Shown here piece by piece: positions 1 through 12,128 of a stretch of DNA of 64,000 bases. The translations under genes and the position numbers were made by a program. Source of the stretch: Callorhinchus milii. Its lineage: Eukaryota. The notes beneath the pieces were generated by a model. It saw only the letters and a list, made by a program, of their open reading frames with translations, had not been told where the DNA came from and did no database searches. The stretch's first letter is position 1, and every line of letters starts with the position of its first letter. The DNA is taken from positions 74,030,001 through 74,094,000 of the forward strand of contig NW_024704743.1 of the NCBI RefSeq assembly GCF_018977255.1. Direction: 5' to 3'.

Positions 1-398
1 GACTAGCCTAACAAAGGAGAACCTCCCACTTTAGATTCAAAATATCCAGTAAGATTTGTGGGGGAGGTGTGACTAGAATTTCTGTTGTTTGGATGAGATC
101 ATTTCCATGCAATGATGCCACATGATATAGTGCTGTAGTATTCTTTATACAGAGTCAGTAAAACTCAAACTTTGGATCAGTGCCTTTATTTTAAACAAAA
201 TGTTATTGATTTTTAGAAATGCCTGCATTCACCAGCCAGTTCTTTCCGATAGCAAATAGTAGTTAATGTTAACTTGCATTTATATAGTAACCTTTACGTA
301 GGATAATGTTTTGGAGTATTAACAATTAATTAAACATTTGTAATTGAATTTCAAACAGATAATGAATATTAAAATTGTCCAATTTTCTCTCCAAACGT

Positions 399-440
399 TC
401 TCTCTCTCTCTATCTCTATCTCTCTCACACACATACACAC
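399..440. repeat. (CT)n(CA)n compound microsatellite
   Basis: Seen directly. Similar simple repeats: poly-C 1490-1518, CT/CA 37018-37140, (AAT)n 41203-41227, C/(CA)n 54196-54245, TG-rich 61540-61670. Confidence 0.9.
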
Positions 441-2384
441 AATGTCTGCTACATTAAATCCTTGAACTACATCTGGTGCATTTTACAAAATGTCAGCCGT
501 ACAGTTGTGGTTGAAGTATTTCTATGCAGTGTTTCCTAGCGCACGTGCAAGTGAGGAAGGTTAGAGAGGGAAGTGAAGTGTAAATTTTTATGCATGAGTT
601 ATCGGTTCATTGACACTGCAGCTGAGTCAAATCAGCTGCTCCTGAGGACAACTTAAGCATAATGTTGGACTTGTATGGGTGAGAGGGGTTGTGCTTCAAT
701 AGACATACTTCATACTATAGTTCTACTCAGATTGAAAGTCTTGTTTCCTTTAATACAGATGTGCATTTTTCTTGCTTCTGAAACATCAGCCTAGCCTCTG
801 GGTCAGAAGGTTACTGTTCATGCCTTACATTTGAGCTCACAGTCCTGGTTGACACTCCAGTGCAATGCTAGGGAAGGTCTACATTGTCAGAGGTATCATC
901 TTTCGGAAGAAGAGAATTTTGATCAACAACCCCCCAGATAAATTGATCATTCACTACTAGCTGTGTGATGGACGTCGCTGTGTGTAAAATGACAGCCGTG
1001 TTTGCCTGTAAAACGATCACTAACCTTGACAGTAATTATCTATGAAGTGCTTAGTATTTTGATAATTGTTCGCTCCCTATACAGTTGACAACTGGATTGG
1101 AGGTTGAAGACTGGTGATTTTAGTTTTTGCTGATGTTGTGGTCAAGTATGGCAGTGAGATTTTTCCACTCTCTGAGATGAAATGCTTTGCTGTCGTAAGT
1201 CATTCCATCCAGTGGCTTGACTAAGAACTGACAAAATTCCTAATTAAGCCTGTCAGGTTTGAATGTCACACAGCCACAGCACTTAAGTCTGGAATGTGGT
1301 GTGGACACTGGGGACCATCTTGCCCTGCTACTGTGGGAGTTTGGCAAACGATAATATTGGAACCGGAGCCTTTAAAAGGTGCTGAGTGGTGTACTTGCAA
1401 CAAAACACTATTTGAAAGGTAGGTTTGAATATCTTTTAGGAAACAGAAATTATTTGAGGACTGTAAAAGTGGCCTCTTTTCCCCTGTACTCCCCCCTCCC
1501 CCCCCCCCCCCCCCCCCCACAAAAAAAAGGACATTGTGAATTCAGAATCATTTATGCTAGAAAGTGTTTGGAAATCTGACAAGGGTGCTGCCCAAAGGGC
1601 GAATACCTAATTGCACTGCCTTCCCCTTTCTCCAGCATTGTACACTATCAAGTTAAGTCACTTGCCTTTTTGCTTCCTCCAATCCCCCAGAGGTACAATG
1701 GGTCAAATTACTTGGGGGACTTCTACAACCAGGTTATTGGCACATAATTCATGGACAATTTTTAAAGCCGTTTTGTAATGTTTTACCAAAAATATGGTAC
1801 AACAACAATGTTAAAAAGCAACCCTTGGAACCATAGAATGCCCTATAATATTTGCTGTGTTCCTTCTGCTGAAAATGCATTTGAACTGTTAACCGGAAAT
1901 TAAATAAAGGTGTAACAGGTGTCTAATATGCAACATTTCTGAGTAAGAAATGTGCAATCATCACAATTCTAAAATATCACAAATGCTAAAAAATATATTT
2001 TGCAGTAAATTGAATGTTTCATATATTTGACCATTTATTCTACAGCACATTTTATTTTCTCAAAATTTGAATTATATATCTCATATTAAGAAACACCACA
2101 AATTACACAACACTTATTTTGAGTAACGATGAATGATATGGCCTGGAAATAGGCCATTTTTCCCAACTAGTCCAAACCAGGATTTATACTCTACAAGAGC
2201 ACCCACCCATCCTATTCCCCTGTGTTTCATAAACACACCAATTTTCAGTCATCAATTTAGTGATTGAAAATACATATTTCAATAACAGCGCTTAATATTT
2301 TGAACCATTTTGTGCATTTGATACTGTTGAAACTTGCTGGGTTCCAAAGTAAGAATATTTATAAGAATATTTATGAGCTGTATG

Positions 2385-2630
2385 TGTGTCTCTCTGGATT
2401 TTGGGTGGAAGTATATGTGCCAGTGTGGGAAACCATTGAACTAGTGTTAATTTTAATGTTCCAGTTATGATTCTCACTGTAGCATTAAGCTGCACATCTA
2501 GAGATTTGCTATGTGAAGTGCCCACCCAGACTGGTGCTCAATATTCAGTGTTCATGTGTACCAATGCTAGAATCGATGTTCAAAGTGTATGCACAAAGAA
2601 TCCCATGAGAACCTAGTCAACTTTATGAAC
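2385..2630 (-). mobile_element. Decayed Vingi/Ingi-like (I-superfamily) LINE fragment, post-RT region
   Basis: Minus-strand translation with two stops: HTL*TSILALVHMNTEY*APVWVGTSHSKSLDVQLNATVRIITGTLKLTLVQWFPTLAHILPPKIQR. It resembles the Vingi-type motif TLRTSALAL..S.AEYCAPVW..S.H...D.QLN.TMR.ITGTL..TP..WLP.L..I.PP..RR. Confidence 0.7.
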
Positions 2631-2699
2631 CTTTGCCAAGCGCATATTTGATAAAATTACTCCTACTGCAGTTACAGTATTTATGGCACAGTATATATA

Positions 2700-3625
2700 C
2701 TGTTTGCGGACGACACAAGTTAGCTAGGGTGGTAAACAGTGAGAAGGATAGGAGCCAACTGCAGGAAGATATAGACAGAATGGTAAAATGGGCAGACACA
2801 TGGCAGATGAGTTTCACTGTGGAGAAATGCGAAGTAATGCATTTTGGTAGAAAGAATGAGGGGAGGCAATATAGGCTGGTAATACAATCTTAAGAGGGGT
2901 AAAAGAACAGAGAGACCTGGGGGTGCAGGTAAATGAATCCTTGAAGGTGGCAGGACAGGTAGATAAGGCTGTAAAAATGGCAAATGGGATTCTAGGCTTT
3001 ATAAATAAGGGCATAGAGTACAAGAGTCAGGAGGTTATGATTAACTTATATAAAGCACTGGTTAGGCCTCAGTTAGAATACTGCGCCCAGTTCTGGGCAC
3101 CACACTATAGGAAGGATGTTAAGGCATTGGAAAGAGTGCAGAGGAGATTTACGAGGATGGTACCAGGAATGAGGGACCTTGATTATGAGGAAAGACTAGA
3201 GAGGTTAGGATTATTCTCATTGGAACAGAGAAGGTTACGAGGAGACCTAATAGAGGTCTTCAAAATCATGAGGGGATTTGATAGGTTAGAAAGGGAAAAA
3301 CTGTTTCCACTGGTGGGTGTGTCAGTGACTCGAGGTCACAGATTCAAAATAGTCTCTAAAAGAAGCAGAGGGGAGGTGAGAAGAAATGTTTTCAAGCAGC
3401 GAATTGTTCAAATCTAGAATGCATTGCCTGAAAGGGTGGTTGAGGCCGATTCGATAACTACTTTTAAAAACGCGGTGGACGGGTATTTGAAGAGGACGGG
3501 TTTGCAGGATTATGGGGAAAGGGCTGGGGAGTGGGATTGACATTAATTGCTCTATTCAAAGAGCCGGCACAAACTCGATGGGCCGAATGGCCTCTTTTTG
3601 TGCTGCATGATTCTATGATTCTATG
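2700..3625 (+). mobile_element. 5'-truncated CR1-clade LINE (RT C-terminal part, 3' UTR, microsatellite tail); pseudogenised
   Basis: Begins at the RT motif FADDT. Continues ..LQEDIDRMVKWADTWQMSFTVEKCEVMHFG..LYKALVRPQLEYCAQFWAPHYRKD..LERVQRRFTRM..YEERLERLGLFSLEQRRLRGDLIEVFK... Frameshifts near 2718 and 2880, TGG>TAG stop at 3415, natural stop at 3538-3540. The 3' UTR ends gggccgaatggcct...(attctatg)n. Confidence 0.95.
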
Positions 3626-6600
3626 TAGTATCACAGCTTATTGTAGCTATACTCGTATCATGCTGTATTTGTATTAATTGGGATTAATTGTTACTCTTCG
3701 TGTAAATCTTTACTGTTTTTATCCTTACACTCTACGGATACAATTTCAAACTAATTCGTTGGACTCAAAGCAGTGAAAAAACTAACCAGATCGACATGCA
3801 CATTTGGAATGTTACTATTTCTTTCGGTTTGGATGTATAATAATGTAAAGTACTTCACATCATTCCTTTCAAGTATTATTTTTTGCCTATTTAAATCCCT
3901 CCACTGTCTCACCTCACTCTAACTCTGCAATCTCCTTCCAACTTTACTGACCAGGCCACCCCCTTTGCTTAACAAACACTGACCTTTTTGACATGCCCTG
4001 TCCTATTCCCCCCTATCATTAGTGGAGTTTTCAGCCATTCTGCCCCCGCACTCCAGAACTCCTTCCCAAAATCCCCCTGACTCGCTCCCTCTCTCACCTA
4101 GTTCAAGGTCTGTTTCAAGATGCACTTCTTAGGCCATGCTTTCAGTTACCTATCCCCTTCCCACCTGCTCTGGCTCCCAGTCCCATTTGGCTCCCATCCC
4201 CAGCTCAAGTGCCAGCCAGCAATGTTAAGCACTTTGACTTCCTGATGTGATAGGCTCTATTTAAATGTGAATTATGTTGTATTCCCATGTATCTTGCTGT
4301 GAAATGTAAAACTGTTTCTGTAAGTTTATGTATGTCGGCTCTCACTCTTTTCAGTCCTAACTCTCACTTGAGCCTCAATTCCTAATGCCAAAGCTCCAAG
4401 AATATTTATAAAGGGGAAGAAAAATGTAGGGGGTGAATTTCTGTTCCAAGCACTTGTACCAGATTTATAAATCTTCTCTTTGCATTTAGTTTGTCCTTGG
4501 CATTGTAGTAACTGCAAGGTTGTTCTGGTGATGACAGTGCCAGGGTGGAGGAGCTGGGTGCATGTTGGACCAGCACTTTAGTTTTATGCAGAAGTTCACT
4601 GCTAGTCCAGGCTGTGAGCTGATCTGGAGCTGCACAGTGCTGAGAAAGTGCAGGATTAGCAGGTGCAGTGTGCAGTAACGCGCAACCACATTATCTTGAC
4701 TTCCTGTAGTGCTAGGAGAGCACTGCATTGTAGGAGGTGCCATCCTTGAACGAGACGTTAAACTAAGGTCCCATCTGCCTGTTCAGAGGTATGTTAAAGA
4801 TCCCATGACTTGAGAGGAGGTGATCTCTCCCAGTATGCTACCCAACTGATGAACTTGTCATTCAACTCGTGTCTGTTAATAGGATTTTACTGTGTGCAAA
4901 AAGACTTCCACACTTGCCTACAAAATAAACCGCTACACTTGCCAGCAACTATATTTGCCAATAATTACTGTAAAGCATCTCTTTTGAGGTATTTTAACAG
5001 ATAATGTTAGAAAGAAACAAATTGTATTTTAGTAAATTCTTTCATTCTTAACGTGTCCTGAAACTAGTCCACATTGCTAACTTGGTGACTCTGTGAAGCT
5101 ATAATATGGTAACAATTCAGATTTTTAAATTGTCAGATCTGGAAGAGGCTCAAGTAGCTCTTTGTGGCGAGACTGAATGCCATTATTGTTGGAAGAACAG
5201 CAGTGTGTTTAACACTAATGCTGCACTTGCCATGCAGTACCGTCTCTAGGGGTACAGAATAACACTGGATGCAGCAAGGTAAAAGCTTCCTCCCATTACC
5301 TCTGGAAGCACTGGTTACCATTTGTTCCTGTTTTTGAGGAGGGGGCACTACCTGCACGCATGAAAAATGTGATTTTGATACCGTTTTCCAGTATAAACCT
5401 TCCCTAGAGATTGATGTCAGGCTAGGATTTGAATGCACTGAGTTTGATTATATTTGTGTACGTGCAGTTTCTTGCTGTATAAATGGGGTGAATTCCACAA
5501 AACTGACAGCTCTGGCCTCTGCTCGGCCTCATTTGATGAAGCTCTGAAATATAAACAAGGACACTATCGAGTGTGGAGTTGGTGAGTTTTAAATGATCTT
5601 TATGACAAGCTCGATCTCTGTAGCAGGTCGGTCTGTACTTGCTTATTTCTCACTTTAATCCTCTCAAACGGAATATGGCATTGGGATATTTAAATCAAAT
5701 TATTTGCCAAAAAAGTAAAAAGTATACATAAGAACATAGTTAAGCCCAAAACAACTGATGTGTTACAATGCCCCTATTAATAGAATATATTAGGTTGTGT
5801 TGACCTATTTCCAGTTCTATACTTTTTTCCATTTTTAATTGTACTTCTGTAATTATGTCTTTTTCCCTATATATAACACTCTCTGCTCATTTTTATAACT
5901 AATGTGTTCCATTTATGAAAATCAAAATGTACACATCTATACAGCATCTTTTTAAAAGTTAGTTAATATGTTGTGTTGTGGAGGTACAGTTAATAATGAA
6001 GAAACCTAGAAGTGGAATTAGCAGGAGTTTCTTAACCCATTTCTTCTACCAGTTAACCAAGGAATAGGCTAAGGAAGACCTGCAACTTTTGCCCTGTATT
6101 GTGTGTAACATAATAACATGAAAATAGTATTGAGTTAGAGAGGCCATAAATCCCAAACACTGGTATGGGTAGGATTAGAATTGGGCAGATTAATTGGCAC
6201 CACCTCAACTGTTTATTGAGTATATTCTCCAGATATTCATTATCCTGTGGGGAGGTGGGGTGGTGAGTGAGTGAGTGTGTGTGTGTGTTGGAGAGGGAGG
6301 GGAGACAAGTCCATCACTGTTTTTGTAGAGTGCTCAAAAAGGTAACGGGTACTTTATAAATCCAAGTTATTCTAGTTTTACATTAACAGACAAACTCAAA
6401 TAGTTGACTAACAAGGGACTGTTGATGGATTTTACAATTCTAAGATTTTGAAGCCTATTTGTTTTTTCTCCTCTTTTCTCCCCACTTTCCCCCCCCCCCC
6501 TCCATAACTCATAACTTGGTTATTTTCAATGTGCTCTGCATGTACCCTCTCAGAGCTCCACGTCCCAACATCCTCCTTGTTGCTCTTCTATCGTGAAGGG

Positions 6601-7864
6601 TTAATACCTAACACTGCCCATAAATTTGGCTTCAATGATCTTGACAAGGTTAAAAAATCCTTGTGATCAAATTTCCTTCAGGGTTTTCCTAGTCGTGCAT
6701 TTGATTAGTTTTGTTGCTAACAGCTTATTGATTTTAGAAAGTTTCAGTGAATCATCAATAATTGCAACCAAATCCTTTACCACATTTGCTCATGGAGATC
6801 TCTCTTCATTCGGCCCACATCATACACCTAACCTTAGGCTATGGCACGTCATGACTTTGGACTCGCAGTCTATGCTGACATTCCGGTGCAGTGTCTGGGG
6901 GAGTGCGGCTTTATTGGAGGTACTGTCTTTCGAATGAGATGTTAAACTTTAAGGTCCTTTCTGCATGTTCAGGCAGAAGTTAAAGATCCCATAACAGTAT
7001 TTGAAAGGGAAGGGAGGTTCTCCGAGTGCCATGGCCAAAAATCTTCCAGATAAAATTGGCCATTCACTTCATGGTTGTTTATGAAACATTACTGAGCACA
7101 AATTGGTTACCTAGTTTGATTACAAATACTGTCACCACACTTTAGATCAGGATGGTCCAACCTTTTGGCTCCTGAGGGCCGGATGTGGATTTGTCGGAGG
7201 ATATCCTGGAGATCAGCACAGACTGTTCGATTGTGGCTCATACCTTCAGAAATACTTATCAACTCCCCCTGTTCTTCCCCTTTAGACAAGTTGCGTCAAG
7301 CTGGTCTAGAGCAGTTGTTTGTTTCAGCTTCAATGCTAGTATAGACTGTGCACAAAAGAAAGAATCACTTCGCTCCCTGCTTCCCACTGTACCATTTCTT
7401 CTCACCCACACAACCCAAATATTTACTATCTACCTATCATTTCCATTAAACATACAGAAATGTCAAGTTCCTTCATGTGTGCCAAATGACTAGATGCCAT
7501 GCAAAAATGTTTGTTGCCATAGTAATTCCAATGATACCACTCCCCCTCAAAATTTTCTGGGAAATGCACAGGCGTTCATGCACTTGAAGAGGTAGTCTAA
7601 ACCTCTCCATAACCAGTCAGAAAAAGGAAATATGATCCTCGTATTTGATATAGAGCCTAATCACATCATCGAAACATCTCAAGGCACTTCACAGGAATTA
7701 CTGTAAAGTGTAGTGAAGTGTATTTATAGGCAAACACAGCAATGTGCCACAAACAGCTCTCAAGTGAATGACCAATTTTATTTGGGGAATTGTTGGCCAG
7801 GACACCAAGAGACACTTCCTCCCTTCGCTTTTCAAAAAGCCATCTGAACAAGTATGTCGGACAT

Positions 7865-8236
7865 TAATAATAATACTCCTTACATTTGATATAGCACCTT
7901 ATCACATCTTTGAGATGTCTCAAAGCACTTCACAATACAGAATAAAATGAATTGACTGTATATTTTGTGGGTAAAACATGGCAGCCAATTGCGCACAGCA
8001 GTGTCCCACAAACAGTCGTGGATTTAGTGACCAAATTATTATTATTTTTTCTTGAAGGAATTATTCCCCTCAGAAAAATGATCTACCAATCGACTAACCA
8101 TCGAGTTCCTACTTACTGATAGGTAAAAAGGCGTATGGAGTAAGGAAACTTGCCCAACGTTTCGCCTTGCTGGGAAGCGAACCCAGGTTTCTCACTTGTG
8201 AGGCAAGTGCTCTAACCACTAAGCTACAGGACTCCA
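7865..8236 (-). mobile_element. tRNA-derived SINE, long form, inserted in an older DeuSINE
   Basis: Same head as the short form plus a ~60-bp insert (cctatcagtaagtaggaac..gttagtcgattggtag). Old SINE sequence lies at 7635-7860 and resumes at 8238-8262. Confidence 0.88.
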
Positions 8237-8805
8237 CGTTGGTTTAACATCTCATCTAAAGGCTACCCGCTTGGCATTTTGTGAATTTCCCACCTGCTGA
8301 AGCACATGCTGTGTCCGTGCACATGCTGTATTGGGCTCCACCCCAAAGATTTATGTTGGCCACATCCTTCCATAGTAATGTGACTGCAACAAACCTAAAG
8401 AGCATTTGATTGACCGGAGAGAAATGCAATTGTTTATATGGAACTTTGCAACATTCCTAAGAGCTGGAATACACCTGGAACTGGTAATATTTATTGTGAC
8501 GTTTCACTGGAAATCACAACAGCTTGAATGTAATTGTGGGAGTAGAGGCACAGCTTTGTGAATGAAATTTCGCCAATTAGGAGATGTAGGGCAATTCACT
8601 AGCCACATTTTGACAAGATTTTATTTCATAACATAAATCATGAATAATTGCCCATCGAGTCTACTCTCTCCACTAATCACTGGGGACAGGAAATCTTCCC
8701 ACATGGCCCCCACTAATCCTGCAAATCAAAGCCCTAATTGGTAGGGATGTCCTAGCTGGACAAGCAGCAGGAAACAAGCTACACAGTGCTTTCAATGACC
8801 AGCTC

Positions 8806-9047
8806 TGGTTTTAGTTGGCTAAACTCCAGCAATACCCATACCTGCTCTGGGATTCCCAAGCCTCGACTATTGCCAAATACTATCTGGAATTATGTAAGCA
8901 GGATGCGTTCCTCCAGAGAATCTTCCATTTCACATGCAGGGAAATTTCCATGTATAGATGGTATACATTAGTGGAATTCTGTCTGGTTTGGATACTCTTA
9001 AACATGGTGACGGGTTTCCGCATGTTAGCCACACAGCTGACCAAAAA
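8806..9047 (+). repeat. Unclassified dispersed ~250-bp repeat, copy A
   Basis: Collinear with 28336-28606 and 44880-45135 (aaactccagcaataccc..gggaaatttccatgt..ctgtctggtttggatactcttaaacatg..gctgaccaaaaa). Confidence 0.85.
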
Positions 9048-11944
9048 GAAATCATACACAACCTATCCTTAATGAACTTTTACTACATTCACTCCATCTC
9101 CTGAGAAAACAATCTGTGTTGTTCACTGATTCCCAAATGTAATCAAGCAATAATGTCAGAATATTAATCCTTCTCTGCCCTATCCTGCACCTCATCTGTT
9201 GAACCTTGGCCTCCTTCCCTTCCAAAGACAGCATTTACCTGACCTGAGCAGCATGGATACATGCTGTATTCTGAAATATTTCTGGTCTGCCTACATTTTC
9301 TTGTTCTATTCCAAGCTGATACAGTAGTTATCGAGATATGTATCTTCACACAGTTATCACCACAGCACTCACTGTTCTGTTCCATATTACTGTGTTCATT
9401 ACTCTATGAGAATAAAAATGAAAGGATGGTACTTTGAAAGGCATGATGCAAAACATGCCTCTGTGACTGTGCTTTCGGTATCTCCCAAACCCCTTGGCTC
9501 CTACCCCAGCTCGGGTGCACTGTGAAGTGCTTTGGTACACCTTTCCAAGGTGAAAAGTGCTATATAAATGTATATAGTATTTTAACTTGCTCTGGTTGGG
9601 TGTCGCTTAGAGAGAGTTCTCCTGTGGACCTACACTGTACTGCAAGCACAGTACACCTGACATCCACTAATGATTAACTGGCTTCTTGCACTAAAAATGT
9701 CCAACTTCCCAGTCATCAGATTGCCACTGACGTCACTTTGTGCATCATGCTTGCTTGCTGTCCTCAAGCAATGTTACTGTTGCCGCTGTTCGCTAAGTGC
9801 AGGAATCTCTGCTCACATCACTCTGTGAAGGAAGCAATGTCAGAGACAAGCAGATGTCCTAGAAGTCAGCTTTGTTTTGCGTTTGTTACAATGCGGATTC
9901 TGAGATTTTGGGTCCCAGATTTCTTTGTTTACAAGATTAGTTAGAATGATCCCATCCTTCCAGAATATCCACCCCCCGTCCTTCCATTCCAGCATCAAGT
10001 TGCTAAAATAACAAGGATTCTTTGCAGGTTGGACGAGTGATCACTTAACTTCTGGTTGGTTTCAGCGCCTCAGGACGTCCTCCCGATGTGAAAGGCACTA
10101 ACAAGCGTCTGGGACCCTCCCTTGCTTGAAGGGCACTATATAAATGCAAGTTGTTGTTGTACAAATGTAATTTGTTGTTGTTGGGAACTTAAGACTTCCT
10201 CTTTCCACATTGCATTTGTTACAACCTGAAAATTACGACTTTTTTCATTTTGAGTTTTATCTATCATTATCCATTGTAAAAACTTAAATGACATTTCTCT
10301 CTTTTGTCCATCCTACTCAAAAACAAAGCTCACCTCTGCTCCAGGGCAAATGAACCAAGTTCCTTCAAGCTTTTCTTTGAAGCTCTTGGATTTCAGCCCA
10401 TATTGAACTGAACATATTAGTAACCCAACAAACTCTTAAAGCAAACGAATAACTCAAATCTACAATAGATTGACTGTATGAACCTATTCGGTCTGTTAAT
10501 TACTATGAGTACATCAACCCAAATTTCTTCCTTGATAAGATTTCTTTCAAACAGCTTACAGTAAATCAATGTTGACCTAAATGTGCCGGAGCCAGTCATT
10601 TGCAGTGATCCATTAACAAATTGTTCTTTGACTAAAAAAATCAGCAAGATTTCATTTCCTCTTGTGCAACTTGTTTCTGGCCTCTGACAGGGCATTTCCT
10701 GGAGACGAGGTAACAGTTGGATGAGGTCAAGTTGCCCTGAGCTGCACTCAGACACTTCCAGCTTGATCTAGCCACTGGGACATTAACATAAATCCTAAGA
10801 ACAGGTCACACAAGGTGCTTTTTAAGGGGGAATGATTTGGAGTTGAAACCAATGAATAGCTTCCTTGGTGTATTGTTACCAGCTAGATTGCTGTGACCTG
10901 GTTGATGAAAGATCGCAGTAAAATTATACATGTGAGCAGAGCTCCTCTCACAATCTGGATGGATGGAGATTAATGGTTTTGCTGCATAGCTGTTTCCATC
11001 TTTGCATAATTTCTTGTGAGTGATGCAATGGTTCCAATATTCTGATTGCAGCGTAATGATAATTTAATGTGAACATTTGAAGGTATTAAACTCAATGAGG
11101 TTGCCATGGTTACAACACTATCTTTCCTCCCTACCCCCACCCCCAATTATCAGCACATCTTGATAGTATTAATGTTCAGTTCCAATTCCAGTGTTGAACT
11201 TGCAGGATCATGTGACAGTCACTTGTAGATTTTTTTGAAATGTAGTCTATTGAATGCAGCACACAATCGCATTCAAAACTCATTGAAATGGTTGGTAAAT
11301 GGACTTTGTTGGGGACTATTGTTCACTCATTGACTCTATACATTGTGCCAATTATAAGAAGGTAGCTGCTAATTATAAGAATGTAACTCCTACCTTACTG
11401 TTCCACTTGCTAACTCAGACTTGCTGTGCATCCCTGTCACACTCCACTCCACCGTCGCTGGGCAACCCTTCGGATCTTACATCTCTGACCTCTGGAACTC
11501 TCTCCCTCTACCACTCCATCTCGCCCACTCTCTTTCTGCCTTCAAGTCCCACCACAAAACCTTACCTCTTCAAAATGGGTCTATGACGACCTCCCCTCTC
11601 TCTCTTGCTTGGGGGATCCAAATCCATAGCTGGAAAATGCTCTGAGACATTAACCTACATGAAGGGCACTATAATGAATGCATTAAGTTTCCTCATAAAT
11701 ATATTGATCCTTTTTGTTTCAACCACAGCTTCTGGCAGTGAGTTCCACATTCTCATCACCCTCTGTGAAGAAGCTCCTCCTAAACTGCCTTTTAATCTAC
11801 TACCAGGTGTTATATAATTTTGGACTCACTAACAAGTGTAAATAACAACAACAAAATTACATTTGTATCGCGCCTTTCACATCGGGAGGACCTGGGCCTG
11901 ACATACTGACAGCCTATCAATGTCTACCTTAACATACTGGACTC

Positions 11945-12128
11945 CAACAACAACAACAAGATTTCATTTATAGAGCGCCTTTCACATCGGGAGGACGTCC
12001 CAAGGTGCTGGACAGTTGGGTCGGGACTCGAGCAGGGGGGGGAAATGGTCAGGGTGAGGGGAGGGAAGGGAGGGAGCGATGAGGGGGTAGAGAGTCGAGA
12101 GGGGAGCTGAAGGCACGGTTGAAAAGAA
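11945..12128 (-). mobile_element. L2 LINE 3' end, same subfamily as 54630-55010
   Basis: Near-identical 3' UTR (ctggacagttgggtcgggac.cgagcagggggg..aaatggtcagggtgaggggagggaaggg) and (ttg)n tail. Confidence 0.85.

Noticed and set aside
2923..3417. 164-aa ORF as a host gene
   Set aside because: It is a fragment of CR1 ORF2 bounded by a frameshift and a premature stop.
10417..10755. 112-aa minus-strand ORF, and most other short ORFs in the track
   Set aside because: No recognisable domain or splice support. Many are translations of SINE/L2 copies, which explains the repeated peptides.
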